Positions 35,743-45,288 of a DNA stretch of 64,000 nt are shown in pieces. The notes under the pieces were generated by a model, which had not been told where the DNA came from, did no database searches, and saw only the letters and a list, made by a program, of their open reading frames with translations. Every line of letters starts with the position of its first letter. Position 1 is the first letter of the stretch. The DNA is taken from contig CANMWQ010000008.1 in assembly GCA_947501685.1 (NCBI GenBank), positions 871 through 64,870 of the forward strand, read 5' to 3'. The position numbers and the translations under genes were made by a program. This DNA is from an uncultured Litoreibacter sp. (GTDB taxonomy: Bacteria; Pseudomonadota; Alphaproteobacteria; Rhodobacterales; Rhodobacteraceae).

Positions 35743-38162
35743 CCGCGCATCACTTTGCCCGTCGGATCGTAAGGTGACGGGGCGATGACCCGGGCTTTGC
35801 GCTCGACGCCGACGACATGCACGCTGAGCTCCGTCCCCTCGCCCGCCGCCGCCGCGTCCACCATGGCCATGGCCAGCGATTTGCCCAGCGTGTGCCCGTA
35901 GCCGCCGGAGGTGACAAACCCCACCATTTTGCCGTCTTTCCACACAGGCTCGTAGCCGCTGGCATCGGCGTTCTCGGCCTCGACTTCCAAAGGCACCACC
36001 ACTTGTGCGGGGCCATTGCCGTCGCGTTCCGCCAGCGCGGCGGCCTTGCCGTTGAAGTCAGGCTTGGACCAGTCGATCCAGCGATCCATGCCGGTCTGCG
36101 CGGCGGTGTAGCCTTGAGTGAACTCGGCGCTCCAGATGCCGAAACTCTTCTCGAGGCGCAGGCTGAGCAGTGCGTTGAACCCGTATTCGCGGATGCCCAG
36201 ATCGGCCCCCGCCTCCAGCAGCATTTTGCGCAAGCCGATATGTTCGACCGCTTTGCAGTGGATCTCGTAGCCTAACTCACCGGCGACAGAGAGCCTGCCG
36301 ATTTTGACGCGCAGCAGCCCTAGATCAAATTCACCGCAGCCCATGAAGGGCAAGTCGGCAATCGCGCCATCGGTGATTTTCTCAAGCACTTTCAGACTGT
36401 TGGGGCCCGCGAGGCTGAAGCCCACCACATCGTCGGACAGATCCCGCACGGCCACATCCACGCCCATATGGTCGTTGAACCAGCGCAGATGCCAATCGCG
36501 CAGGTAGTAGCTGCCCATGATCCAATAGGTGCCGTTTCCAGACGAGTCTGTGCCCCAGTTGAAGACGGTCAGGTCGCCCTTCATTTTCCCTTCGGAACTG
36601 AGCATCGGGGCCAGACGCGCGCGGCCGGGTGCGGGCAATTTGGAGGCCATGAGTTGGTCGAGCCAAGCCTGCGCCCCCGCGCCCGTGACCTCGAACCGGG
36701 AGAAGCCGGAAATGTCCAGCAGCCCGACCTTTTCGCGGACCGCCTTGCACTCGGCGGCAACGATATCATGCGCGTTGGAGCGTTTGAGCGACGGGGCTTC
36801 CTCGAATTCTGGCGAGGGCGCGAAATAGAGCGGCACTTCCAGCCCGTAGCTGGCACCCCAGCGGCAGCCAGCGGCGCTCATGTCTGAGTAGGCGGGTGCC
36901 ATTTTCAGCGGGCGGCCCGCGGGGAGCTGCTCGTTCGGGTAGGTCATCACGAAGCGGCGGGTGTAGAATTGCCCGGTGGTTTCACGGATGAACCGCTTGT
37001 TTTGCGCGTAGTCGCCGTAGCGCGACACGTCCATGCCGAACACATCCGTCTCAGGCTCCCCGTGGATCATCCATTCGGCCAGCGATTTGCCGACGCCACC
37101 GCCTTGCAGGAACCCCGCCATCACAGCGCAGGCGCACCAATAGCCGGGCTTGCCTTGGACCGGGCCCACCAGCGGGTTGCCATCGGGGGAGAAGGTGAAG
37201 GCCCCGTTCACCCATGTTTTGACGCCTGTGTGTTGCAGGGCGGGGTAGCGCTCGAAGCCCAGGATCAGCTCTTCCTCAATGCGGTCGGTCTGCTCTTGGA
37301 ACAGCTCCATGCCGTAATTCCACGGCGCGCCGTCCATGGCCCAATGCTCGTGATTGATCTCGTAAATGCCCAGCAGAATGCCCTTCTGGTCCTGCCGCAT
37401 ATAGGTGAAGCCTTCGAGATCCACCGTCATCGGCACCTCGAAATCCAGCTCTTCCAGCTCGGGGATCGTGTCGGAGATCAGGTAGTGGTGTTTGAGCGGC
37501 GAGACCGGCAGCTCGATCCCTGCCATGCGGCCCACCTGCTTGGCCCAGAGGCCCGCGGCGTTGACCACGTGTTCGCAGGTGATGGTGCCCTTGTCGGTGA
37601 CAACTTTCCAGCCATCAGCGGTCTGGACCAGCTCCTCGACCTTGGTGTGTTCATGGATTGTGGCCCCGCGTTTTTTGGCGGCAATGGCATAGGCATGCAC
37701 GGTGCCGGTCGTGTCGACATAGCCCTCGCGGTCGGCCCACATGCCGCCGATGATGCCCTCGGTCGAGATGATCGGACAGGCTTTCTTGATCTCCTCAGGG
37801 GTGAGCAGGTGGCAATCCTCGATGCCGATGGACTGGAACGTGCGGTGTGCGGCCTGCAGCCATTCCCAACGATCGGGTGTGCCTGCGAGGGTCATCCCTC
37901 CGGTCATATGCAGCCCGATATTCTGGCCGGATTCCTCTTCGATCTTGGTCAGAAGGTCGATTGTGTACGCCTGAAGCGACGCAATGTTCGGGTCCGCATT
38001 CAGGGCATGGATGCCACCCGCCGCGTGCCAGCTTGAGCCCGCGGTCAGAACAGAGCGTTCCAACAGGCAGACGTCGCTCCAGCCGAACTTTGCCAGATGA
38101 TACAGGACGGAGGTGCCAACGACCCCTCCTCCGATGACAACCACGCGGTGATGTGTGTTCAT
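35739..38162 (-). CDS. FAD-dependent oxidoreductase, dimethylglycine-dehydrogenase/GcvT family
   Basis: IGGGVVG, TAGSSWHAAG, NGAFTFSPDG, C-terminal GcvT-like domain. Confidence 0.9.
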   Translation of the reverse strand: MNTHHRVVVIGGGVVGTSVLYHLAKFGWSDVCLLERSVLTAGSSWHAAGGIHALNADPNIASLQAYTIDLLTKIEEESGQNIGLHMTGGMTLAGTPDRWEWLQAAHRTFQSIGIEDCHLLTPEEIKKACPIISTEGIIGGMWADREGYVDTTGTVHAYAIAAKKRGATIHEHTKVEELVQTADGWKVVTDKGTITCEHVVNAAGLWAKQVGRMAGIELPVSPLKHHYLISDTIPELEELDFEVPMTVDLEGFTYMRQDQKGILLGIYEINHEHWAMDGAPWNYGMELFQEQTDRIEEELILGFERYPALQHTGVKTWVNGAFTFSPDGNPLVGPVQGKPGYWCACAVMAGFLQGGGVGKSLAEWMIHGEPETDVFGMDVSRYGDYAQNKRFIRETTGQFYTRRFVMTYPNEQLPAGRPLKMAPAYSDMSAAGCRWGASYGLEVPLYFAPSPEFEEAPSLKRSNAHDIVAAECKAVREKVGLLDISGFSRFEVTGAGAQAWLDQLMASKLPAPGRARLAPMLSSEGKMKGDLTVFNWGTDSSGNGTYWIMGSYYLRDWHLRWFNDHMGVDVAVRDLSDDVVGFSLAGPNSLKVLEKITDGAIADLPFMGCGEFDLGLLRVKIGRLSVAGELGYEIHCKAVEHIGLRKMLLEAGADLGIREYGFNALLSLRLEKSFGIWSAEFTQGYTAAQTGMDRWIDWSKPDFNGKAAALAERDGNGPAQVVVPLEVEAENADASGYEPVWKDGKMVGFVTSGGYGHTLGKSLAMAMVDAAAAGEGTELSVHVVGVERKARVIAPSPYDPTGKVMRG

Positions 38163-38334
38163 GGCTGGGGCTCCCCTGCAATCTCGACCTTGGTTCTGGG
38201 CAAAACCGCCGCCTGTGGAGGTGCCGCTTTGCGTCAGCGCTCAGTCTGAGCAGAGACAGGAAAACCTGTCCAGCCCGTTCGCGTCATTTACGGGTCAGAA
38301 TGCGCAGGGGGGGGATCAGGGGGCGCGTCTGGGG

Positions 38335-38349
38335 TGTCGTCCTTCGACA
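38335..38349. promoter_or_regulatory. Palindrome upstream of dimethylglycine-dehydrogenase-like gene
   Basis: TGTCG-N5-CGACA; cognate regulator not identifiable. Confidence 0.3.
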
Positions 38350-38406
38350 GAATGCGCTAGAGAACCGATTTTTCAAACTGACCCGCTCCCCTTGCACCGC
38401 CAGGGC

Positions 38407-38435
38407 TTGATCCGGTTCGCGATCCCACTTATACC
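38407..38435 (+). promoter_or_regulatory. Putative sigma70 promoter for rplS-rpmE
   Basis: TTGATC-17 bp-TATACC about 220 bp upstream of rplS. Confidence 0.45.
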
Positions 38436-38527
38436 GCCCCAATCTGGAATCAGAATACTGACCGGAGCCGTTATTTTATTGAGCTTCCGACGCGTTTTCT
38501 TCGACGCAACAAACGGATGCAAAAGGA

Positions 38528-38602
38528 CGGCGCACCAAGCAACGACGACCTGATCTGTGGCGGGCACTTTAAGTGGACCCGAAAGAAGACCGACAGCTCT
38601 TG
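38528..38602 (+). pseudogene. trmD: Remnant of trmD 3' end
   Basis: Frame reads [14 protein letters not shown] then [10 protein letters not shown]; TrmD ends with ..T..RRPDL; trmD normally precedes rplS. Confidence 0.55.
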
Positions 38603-38655
38603 GGACGCGCAAACATTCACCGGGCAAACCGGGGTCATATGAAGGAGCGTTTCAG

Positions 38656-39042
38656 ATGGATCTGATCGCACAACTTGAGGCGGAACAAATCGCCGAACTG
38701 GGCAAGGATCTCCCAGATTTCAAAGCGGGTGACACCATCCGCGTCGGTTACAAAGTGACCGAAGGCACGCGCACCCGTGTGCAAAACTACGAGGGCGTCT
38801 GTATTGCCCGCAACAACGGGACGGGCATTGCCGGGTCGTTCTGCGTGCGCAAGATTTCCTTTGGCGAAGGCGTTGAGCGGGTCTTCCCGCTGCACTCGAC
38901 CAATATCGACAGCATCACCGTGGTCCGCCGCGGCCGCGTACGTCGCGCCAAGCTTTACTACCTGCGCTCGCGCCGTGGTAAATCCGCACGTATCGCCGAG
39001 CAAACAAATTACAAGCCGCTCTCCAGCGGCGCAGACGCGTAA
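38656..39042 (+). CDS. rplS: 50S ribosomal protein L19
   Basis: [31 protein letters not shown]. Confidence 0.98.
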   Translation: MDLIAQLEAEQIAELGKDLPDFKAGDTIRVGYKVTEGTRTRVQNYEGVCIARNNGTGIAGSFCVRKISFGEGVERVFPLHSTNIDSITVVRRGRVRRAKLYYLRSRRGKSARIAEQTNYKPLSSGADA

Positions 39043-39053
39043 AGGTTGGTCTC

Positions 39054-39275
39054 ATGAAAAAAGACACCCATCCCGAGTACCACATGATCAACGTCAAAAT
39101 GACCGACGGCACTGTGTTGCAGATGAAATCGACCTGGGGCGCCGAGGGCGACCAGATTGCTTTGGACATCGACCCTTCCGTGCACCCTGCATGGACCGGC
39201 GGCAACCAGCGCCTGATGGACACTGGCGGCCGTGTGTCGAAGTTCAAGAACAAATACGAAGGTCTGGGCTTTTAA
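39054..39275 (+). CDS. rpmE: 50S ribosomal protein L31 (Cys-free type)
   Basis: [35 protein letters not shown]. Confidence 0.97.
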   Translation: MKKDTHPEYHMINVKMTDGTVLQMKSTWGAEGDQIALDIDPSVHPAWTGGNQRLMDTGGRVSKFKNKYEGLGF

Positions 39276-39302
39276 GAACCCTCTTCAGATTTACGATGTT
39301 GC

Positions 39303-39335
39303 AAAACGCTCCCGGCGACGGGGGCGTTTTTTTTT
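39303..39335 (+). terminator. Rho-independent terminator after rpmE
   Basis: AAAACGCTCCCGGCGACGGGGGCGTTTTTTTTT. Confidence 0.85.
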
Positions 39336-39436
39336 GCCAAAGCCAATCTCAAGGCAGCGCTGTCAAACTAATGTCGCAAATATCAGCGATGAGGTTCGCA
39401 TAAACTGTTCAAAACCCGAAGCTTGGAGCCTTTCGA

Positions 39437-40324
39437 ATGCGCCGCCTGTTGAGTTTAGCTGCTATCGCCTGTGCGACTTTGGGAGCCGTCACCGCGATCT
39501 CCATGGCAAAGCTTCCCCCTCCGCTTGCAAAACATCAAAAGCTTGTTTGCGGCGCATATGGCAATGCCTGTGAAGTTGGAGGGCGTCACTACAATATCGC
39601 AACACCAGTTGGCGACGGGCCGTTTCCCGTGGTCTTGTATTTCCATGGATCCGGGCGATCTGGCGACAAGATCATGTCGAGCGCCGGCTTGGTCGATCGC
39701 TTTATAAAGAGGGGCTATGCCTTTGTCGCGCCGACGGCCTTGAATGTGCAGTATTCAACCGGCCCAGGCACCGGTTGGTTGAACAATAACCGTGGCAAAC
39801 GCGAGGGACGCGACGACTTTAGGTTTGTGCAAGACGTGTTGGACGATATTGCGGAACGCTTCGACATTGATGAACAAAGGGTTCTGGTGGCAGGTCAATC
39901 AAACGGTGCGATATTCTCTTGGTATCTCGCATGTGGCGATGTTGACGCCCGTTTGCGCCATTTCGCAGCGCATGGGGGCACCCCCGGGGTGAAATATTTC
40001 AGTCGGTGCAAAGACAGCACCCTCGATTTCAGCTTTCTGCATGCACACGGGTTAGCAGATCACGTCGTACCGGCGCGCGGCGGCTTTCGAGAGAACGACA
40101 ACTGGGAATATCATAGCCCCGCAAAGCTTGTCACCGGCCTCGCAGACAAGGCGAACTGTCGGTTTGAACGACAAGCCATCGTGGGTCCCTATCAAAAGAC
40201 AACTCACAGAGAATGCGGCACAGAACAAGAGTACAGCGTCGCCTTCTACGAGGGCGGCCACGGCATCCCTCGTCATTGGCCTGACTTTGTCCTCGATTGG
40301 TTCGAGGCGTTTGAGCCGGCATAA
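39437..40324 (+). CDS. Secreted alpha/beta hydrolase (PHB-depolymerase/LpqC-like esterase), lower GC
   Basis: Signal peptide, FHGSG, GQSNG nucleophile, HGLAD, GGH. Confidence 0.8.
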   Translation: MRRLLSLAAIACATLGAVTAISMAKLPPPLAKHQKLVCGAYGNACEVGGRHYNIATPVGDGPFPVVLYFHGSGRSGDKIMSSAGLVDRFIKRGYAFVAPTALNVQYSTGPGTGWLNNNRGKREGRDDFRFVQDVLDDIAERFDIDEQRVLVAGQSNGAIFSWYLACGDVDARLRHFAAHGGTPGVKYFSRCKDSTLDFSFLHAHGLADHVVPARGGFRENDNWEYHSPAKLVTGLADKANCRFERQAIVGPYQKTTHRECGTEQEYSVAFYEGGHGIPRHWPDFVLDWFEAFEPA

Positions 40325-40427
40325 GATGAATAGGCAAGCAGGAGCATTTCCGAGCCTGTTGCTTACGGCGCTCGCTTACAGTCTCGAAGTTCTTTCCAAA
40401 TCCTCGAACAGCCCCAACAATATATTT

Positions 40428-40440
40428 AAATCAGTTGGTT
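40428..40440 (+). promoter_or_regulatory. IHF-consensus site
   Basis: AATCAGTTGGTTA matches WATCARNNNNTTR with an AT-rich 5' flank. Confidence 0.4.
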
Positions 40441-40605
40441 AGAGAAATTCTGACTTAGGAGTTCCGATGGGAAATGTGACTCCTATGAATCATCCAAAAA
40501 ATTCTTGCGCCTCCTAGCCCCCATCGCGCTTCCCTGCGCTGTATCCCCCGCCTATAATCAGCAAAGGCCCGAAAAAAATGGGCGGATACAGGATCGGAAC
40601 ACATA

Positions 40606-41418
40606 ATGGCGGCGCATATTATCGTCTTCGGCAACGAAAAAGGCGGCTCTGGCAAATCCACCAATTGCATGCATGTCACCACGGCGCTGGTTCGCATGGG
40701 CTTCACCGTGGGCGCGCTGGATTTGGACCTGCGCCAGCGCAGCTTCAGCCGCTATTGCGAGAACCGCGCGGCCTATGCCGCCAAGTCCGGGTTGAACCTC
40801 GCGCTGCCCGAGGTGGTCGAGCTGCCTGACATCGCGCAAAGCAGTCTGCTTCCGGGCGAAAACATCTATGACCGCCGCCTGACGGAGGCCGTGAACGGCA
40901 TGGAGGGGCGGTTTGACTTTATCGTCATCGACTGCCCCGGCTCGCATACAAGGCTGAGCCAGGTGGCGCACTCGCTGGCCGACACGCTGGTCACGCCTCT
41001 CAATGACAGCTTCATCGACTTTGACCTGCTGGCCCGGATCGAGCCGGAAACGCAGAAGGTTCTGGGCCCCTCGGTCTACTCGGAGATGGTCTGGCAGGCG
41101 CGTCAGCTGCGCGCCCAAGCCGGGCTGGACCCGATTGACTGGATCGTCGTGCGCAACCGCGTGGGCACCCAGCGGATGCACAACAAGAAGAAGATCACGG
41201 ATGCGGTGGACGCGCTGGCCAAACGTGTGGGGTTCCGCGTGGGGCCAGGTTTCTCCGAGCGGGTGATTTTCCGCGAGCTGTTCCCGCGTGGCCTGACGCT
41301 GCTGGATTTGGCCGATATCGGGATCAAGAACCTCAACATCTCCAATGTGGCCGCCCGCCAAGAGGTGCGCGAGCTGGTCAAGGTGCTGCGCCTGCCCGGC
41401 GTCGAGATCAATTTCTAA
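40606..41418 (+). CDS. mipZ: Division plane positioning ATPase MipZ
   Basis: GNEKGGSGKST, DLDLRQ, DCPGS, TPLNDSFIDFD, ERVIFRELFPRGLT. Confidence 0.95.
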   Translation: MAAHIIVFGNEKGGSGKSTNCMHVTTALVRMGFTVGALDLDLRQRSFSRYCENRAAYAAKSGLNLALPEVVELPDIAQSSLLPGENIYDRRLTEAVNGMEGRFDFIVIDCPGSHTRLSQVAHSLADTLVTPLNDSFIDFDLLARIEPETQKVLGPSVYSEMVWQARQLRAQAGLDPIDWIVVRNRVGTQRMHNKKKITDAVDALAKRVGFRVGPGFSERVIFRELFPRGLTLLDLADIGIKNLNISNVAARQEVRELVKVLRLPGVEINF

Positions 41419-41585
41419 TCTGACACTAGGACGGCCCGAGGGTCGCCCTGCCCCCTGTCTGCCCAATCGGGCGACGGCTCGCTGACCATGGCGGCCATCA
41501 TCCCGGCAGCAACCAGCCCGGCAGCCGAGATCGCGAAGCCGAAGAAGAACAGCTGTAGACGATAAAATATCGCAAGAATGAACAT
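41415..41585 (-). CDS. Small single-helix membrane protein (56 aa, below ORF-track cutoff)
   Basis: MFILAIFYRLQLFFFGFAISAAGLVAAGMMAAMVSEPSPDWADRGQGDPRAVLVSD*; GGGGA RBS. Confidence 0.5.
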   Translation of the reverse strand: MFILAIFYRLQLFFFGFAISAAGLVAAGMMAAMVSEPSPDWADRGQGDPRAVLVSD

Positions 41586-41614
41586 CAACACATCCCCCGT
41601 GATGACGCCCCCGG

Positions 41615-41630
41615 GTTAGGGTCTCCTTAA
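41615..41630 (-). promoter_or_regulatory. CtrA-box-like site
   Basis: TTAA-GGAGACC-CTAAC, one mismatch to TTAA-N7-TTAAC. Confidence 0.4.
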
Positions 41631-41780
41631 AATCGTGGCGAAAACTTGGCGGCCTGCTTCGCCCCGCTGCGTTTTGGCGTCAAACCGCCGATGGCTGGCC
41701 TGCCGGACCCGATGCCCTGATGAAATCGTGAAGACCGGTGCTGCGCGGAGCCTTGTATAGTGCCACCAGGGGGAGCCGCC

Positions 41781-43148
41781 ATGGATTTGAAAACCAGTCT
41801 TGCGACAGTGCTCTGCCTCGTCTTTTGGGCGCAGACCGCTTTGGCGCAGGCGGACGTTTCGGCGCATGTGGTGGCGCAGTTCGGATCACCTCCGACCGTG
41901 CCGGAAGGTGCGTTGCCTCAGCGCGTGCAGGCGGCGCTGGGCGAGGTCGTGACCCATGCCACGGCGCAGTCAAGCTGGAGCCCGACGGACAGGGCTGCGA
42001 TGGACGTTGTTGCGGCGTCAAATGACCCGCGTGTGGCGTGGCTGTTGACCGACATGCTGCGCTTCACATGGCGGCCTGAATTTGGCGCAGCGCTGACGCA
42101 GGCGGCGACACAGATCATGGGGATTGAGCTGAAAACGATCCGCCACCGGCCGGAGATCATCGACCACCTGATTGCGTGGGACATCCCCGCCTATCCCGGC
42201 TATTTGCAGCATAAGCGCGCGGTCTTTACCAATTACGTGCCCGGCTGGGAGCGGATTTTGGTTGAGGGCGATATAGACTGGCATCTGGTCTCTTGGGGCG
42301 GGGTGAATATTGACGACCGCCCTTTTGGGACCACCGACGATATTTGCGACTGCATCCCCGCGATCGATGACCCTGAAGTGACCAGCGCTGCGGAGGCCAC
42401 TTGGCTGGAAGACGAAGACATCGTCTTTGGGCTTGAGATCGGCGGCGAGGCGCGGGCCTATCCGCGCCAGATCATGGAGGTGCGCGAGCTGGTCAATGAC
42501 ACGCTGGGCGGCCGGGATCTGGCGATCCCCTATTGCACCCTATGCGGCGCGGCGCAGGCGTTTTTCACCGATGGAATGCCTTTGGGCACGGCGCGGCCCG
42601 TGATGCGGACCTCGGGGCTGCTGATCCGGTCCAACAAGGTGATGTATGATCTTGAGAGCTTTTCCGTCTTTGACACGTTTCTGGGCAAGGCTGTGACCGG
42701 GCCGCTGGCGGATTTGGGCGTGACATTGGAGCAGGCCAGCGTGGTGACCACCAGCTGGGGCCACTGGAAAGCGGCGCATCCCGAGACCACCGTGCTGGCC
42801 GAGGCGCTGGCTTTGGGGCGCGATTACAACCTGCGCAACACGCGTGACGCCAAGGGGCCGATCTTTCCGATTGGCGACGTTGATCCCAGATTGCCGGTGC
42901 ATGAGGATGTGATCGGGGTCACCACGGCCTCTGGTCAGGCGGTGGCCTTTCCGCGCAACACGGCCTTTGCGGCGTTGATAAACGGGGCGGAGATCACGGT
43001 GGAGAATGTGCGGCTGGTGCTCGACGCGGGCGGCATCCGGGCGGTGGACGCGACGGGCGCGGATCTTGGCAGCCATCAGGCGTTCTGGTTTGCGTGGTCG
43101 CAGTTTTATCCCGGCACGCAGCTCTGGCCGGAGTTGGCAGCGGAGTAG
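41781..43148 (+). CDS. DUF3179 domain protein with N-terminal extension
   Basis: Signal peptide; CDCIPAIDDP, RAYP..I...E.VND, YCTLCG, S..VMYD..S.S motifs. Confidence 0.8.
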   Translation: MDLKTSLATVLCLVFWAQTALAQADVSAHVVAQFGSPPTVPEGALPQRVQAALGEVVTHATAQSSWSPTDRAAMDVVAASNDPRVAWLLTDMLRFTWRPEFGAALTQAATQIMGIELKTIRHRPEIIDHLIAWDIPAYPGYLQHKRAVFTNYVPGWERILVEGDIDWHLVSWGGVNIDDRPFGTTDDICDCIPAIDDPEVTSAAEATWLEDEDIVFGLEIGGEARAYPRQIMEVRELVNDTLGGRDLAIPYCTLCGAAQAFFTDGMPLGTARPVMRTSGLLIRSNKVMYDLESFSVFDTFLGKAVTGPLADLGVTLEQASVVTTSWGHWKAAHPETTVLAEALALGRDYNLRNTRDAKGPIFPIGDVDPRLPVHEDVIGVTTASGQAVAFPRNTAFAALINGAEITVENVRLVLDAGGIRAVDATGADLGSHQAFWFAWSQFYPGTQLWPELAAE

Positions 43149-44063
43149 CTATTCCCCGATATAGGCGCTGTAGAGGCTCATGAGTTGGCGCGTCACAGCG
43201 CCCGGCAGCCCTTTGCCCACTTGGCGTCCGTCAATCATGCTGACCGGGGTGAGCCCGCCCAAAGTGCCGGTGACAAAGGCCTCGTCGGCGGCATAGGTCT
43301 CGGCTAGGGTGAAGTCCTTCTCAAAGACCGGCTTGCCCGCATCGCGCCACAGCTTGATCACCTTGGACCGCGTGATCCCGTTGAAACTGGTGGCCCCGGT
43401 GGAGGTCCACAGCTCCTCGCCGCGGATGATGAAGAAATTGGTGGAGTTGCAGCTGGCCACAAAGCCCCGATCATCGAGCATCAAGGCCTCGTCCGCCCCC
43501 ATATTGATGGCTTGCAACAGCGCCTGAATGAAGTTCAGCCGTGAATGCGAGTTCAGCCGCAGGTCGAACACATCCGGCGTGGAGCAGCGGATCGCGGAGG
43601 TCATCAGCTTGAGCCCGCGTTCCTTCAGCGCCGCATTGGGTTGCTTATACTCGGCGACGATCACAATGGTGGCCCCGCCGGTGATAAAGCGCGGGTCCTG
43701 GTTGGGCGTCGATTTCACCCCGCGCGAGATCATCAGGCGGATATGGACGCCGTCCTCCATCTTGTTGTGGCGCAGCGTTTTCCAGATCTCGCCCACCAGC
43801 GCGGCGCGGTCCATCCCGATATCGAGCTGTATAGCGTTGGCCCCTTCATAAAGCCGCGCCATATGTTCATCGACGGCGAGAAGCGTGCCTTTGACCAGCC
43901 GCAGCCCCTCCCAGATGCCGTCGCCCAGCACAAAACCGCTGTCAAAGACCGGCACCACCGCCTTGTCGCGGGGGAAGAATGCGCCGTTCACGTAAAGCTC
44001 GACCTGCGCGTTGCGGGCGTCGGGAGCGTAGCTTTGGGAGCTGTCTTGGCTGGCATGCGTCAT
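43149..44063 (-). CDS. Aminotransferase class IV (branched-chain/D-amino acid family)
   Basis: DSGFVLGDGIWEG, NSTNFF, EAFVTGTLGGLTPV. Confidence 0.92.
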   Translation of the reverse strand: MTHASQDSSQSYAPDARNAQVELYVNGAFFPRDKAVVPVFDSGFVLGDGIWEGLRLVKGTLLAVDEHMARLYEGANAIQLDIGMDRAALVGEIWKTLRHNKMEDGVHIRLMISRGVKSTPNQDPRFITGGATIVIVAEYKQPNAALKERGLKLMTSAIRCSTPDVFDLRLNSHSRLNFIQALLQAINMGADEALMLDDRGFVASCNSTNFFIIRGEELWTSTGATSFNGITRSKVIKLWRDAGKPVFEKDFTLAETYAADEAFVTGTLGGLTPVSMIDGRQVGKGLPGAVTRQLMSLYSAYIGE

Positions 44064-44218
44064 ATGCGGTCCTGATCGAGATGTGAAAGGCGGGGTCATG
44101 CGCCCTGCCCCCTTCATCTGCCACAAAGAGCATGGCAATGGAATCCCAGTTGCGGCGTCTCCCGAACCCTTAGGGCCAGACCGCTGCGGATGCTTTTCTC
44201 AGAAAATATCGACCGACC

Positions 44219-44244
44219 TGAAACTTTTCGGGATTGGCCTGCGT
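44219..44244 (+). promoter_or_regulatory. Candidate ECF-sigma promoter for DUF4394 gene
   Basis: TGAAAC-17 bp-CGT. Confidence 0.3.
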
Positions 44245-44304
44245 GGTTTGAAACAGATCGCACCGAGATATGTGCGCATTTCGACCAACCCGAAAGGAAA
44301 CACG

Positions 44305-45156
44305 ATGAGATCCCAAGCCCTTGTGACATCCATGATCGCCCTTGCCGCCAGCCCGGCCTTTGCCGCAGGTCACGCAAGCGTTTCCGGCTACGCGCTTGCC
44401 GATAACGGTGCCACGCTGATCGTGATGAATGATATCAACGCGCCGGAAGAGGTGACGACCTATGCCCTCGCCTCTGCGTTGAGCGCCATTGCATGGCGTC
44501 CGGTCACCGGCGAGCTGCTGGGCTTTGCCGACGGCATGATCGCGATGATTGACCCGATGTCGGGCAAGATGACCGATCTGGGTGCGACCTTCATGGAGGA
44601 CGCGAAGATCGGCGGCGGCAAGATGGTGGCCTTCGACTTCAACAACAAGATCGACGCCGTGCGCGCCGTGACCTCCGCAGGGGACAACCTTGTCTATTTC
44701 CCCGAAGGCTTTGGCGACAATGACGAACGTGCGGGCTCCGTGCGCCGCTTCACCGATCTGGCCTATGCGGAGGGCGACGCGATGGCCGGCACCGCGCCGA
44801 TGATCTTTGCCAACGCCTACACCAACGCAATCAATGGCGAGACAGCCAGCGGCACGTTCCAATACGCGCTGGACGCGGCCACCGACACGCTGGTCAGCTT
44901 GGCCAACAATGCAGGCACGCTGGAAACCATCGGCAAGATCACCGTCAATGGCAGCCCGGTCGATCTGGCACCTATGGGCGGCTTTGACATCGTGTCTCCC
45001 GCAGAAGGCGAAGATATGGGCCTGGCCATCTTGCAACTGGAGGGCGCGTCTTCGGCAGGCCTTTACGAAATCGACCTCGCGACCGGGGCCGCCACGATGA
45101 AAGCTGACCTTGGCATAGGCGGCGTCACGGGCTTTGCCGCGTCGCTGGGCCAGTAG
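44305..45156 (+). CDS. Secreted DUF4394-like protein
   Basis: Signal peptide; IAWRPVTGELLG, FDFNNKIDAVR, ANAYTN, FDIVS motifs. Confidence 0.75.
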   Translation: MRSQALVTSMIALAASPAFAAGHASVSGYALADNGATLIVMNDINAPEEVTTYALASALSAIAWRPVTGELLGFADGMIAMIDPMSGKMTDLGATFMEDAKIGGGKMVAFDFNNKIDAVRAVTSAGDNLVYFPEGFGDNDERAGSVRRFTDLAYAEGDAMAGTAPMIFANAYTNAINGETASGTFQYALDAATDTLVSLANNAGTLETIGKITVNGSPVDLAPMGGFDIVSPAEGEDMGLAILQLEGASSAGLYEIDLATGAATMKADLGIGGVTGFAASLGQ

Positions 45157-45288
45157 CTTTGCGCTGACAGGGGGACGGGGCGCTGACGTCCTGTTCCAAA
45201 ATGGTCCCGGCGGCAACAGATTGCTGTTCGGGACCGTTTCTGTCAGTCCAATGAGGGAAAGAAATGACGTGATGGGCATGACGCTTAA

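Noticed and set aside
38163-38330. Glycine or other riboswitch upstream of the dimethylglycine-dehydrogenase-like gene
   Set aside because: No GGAGA/CAGG/CTCTGG-type glycine aptamer cores or other aptamer consensus could be identified; an Infernal/Rfam scan would settle it.
41781-43148. Selenocysteine in the DUF3179 protein
   Set aside because: No in-frame TGA; the motif is Cys-based (CTLC).
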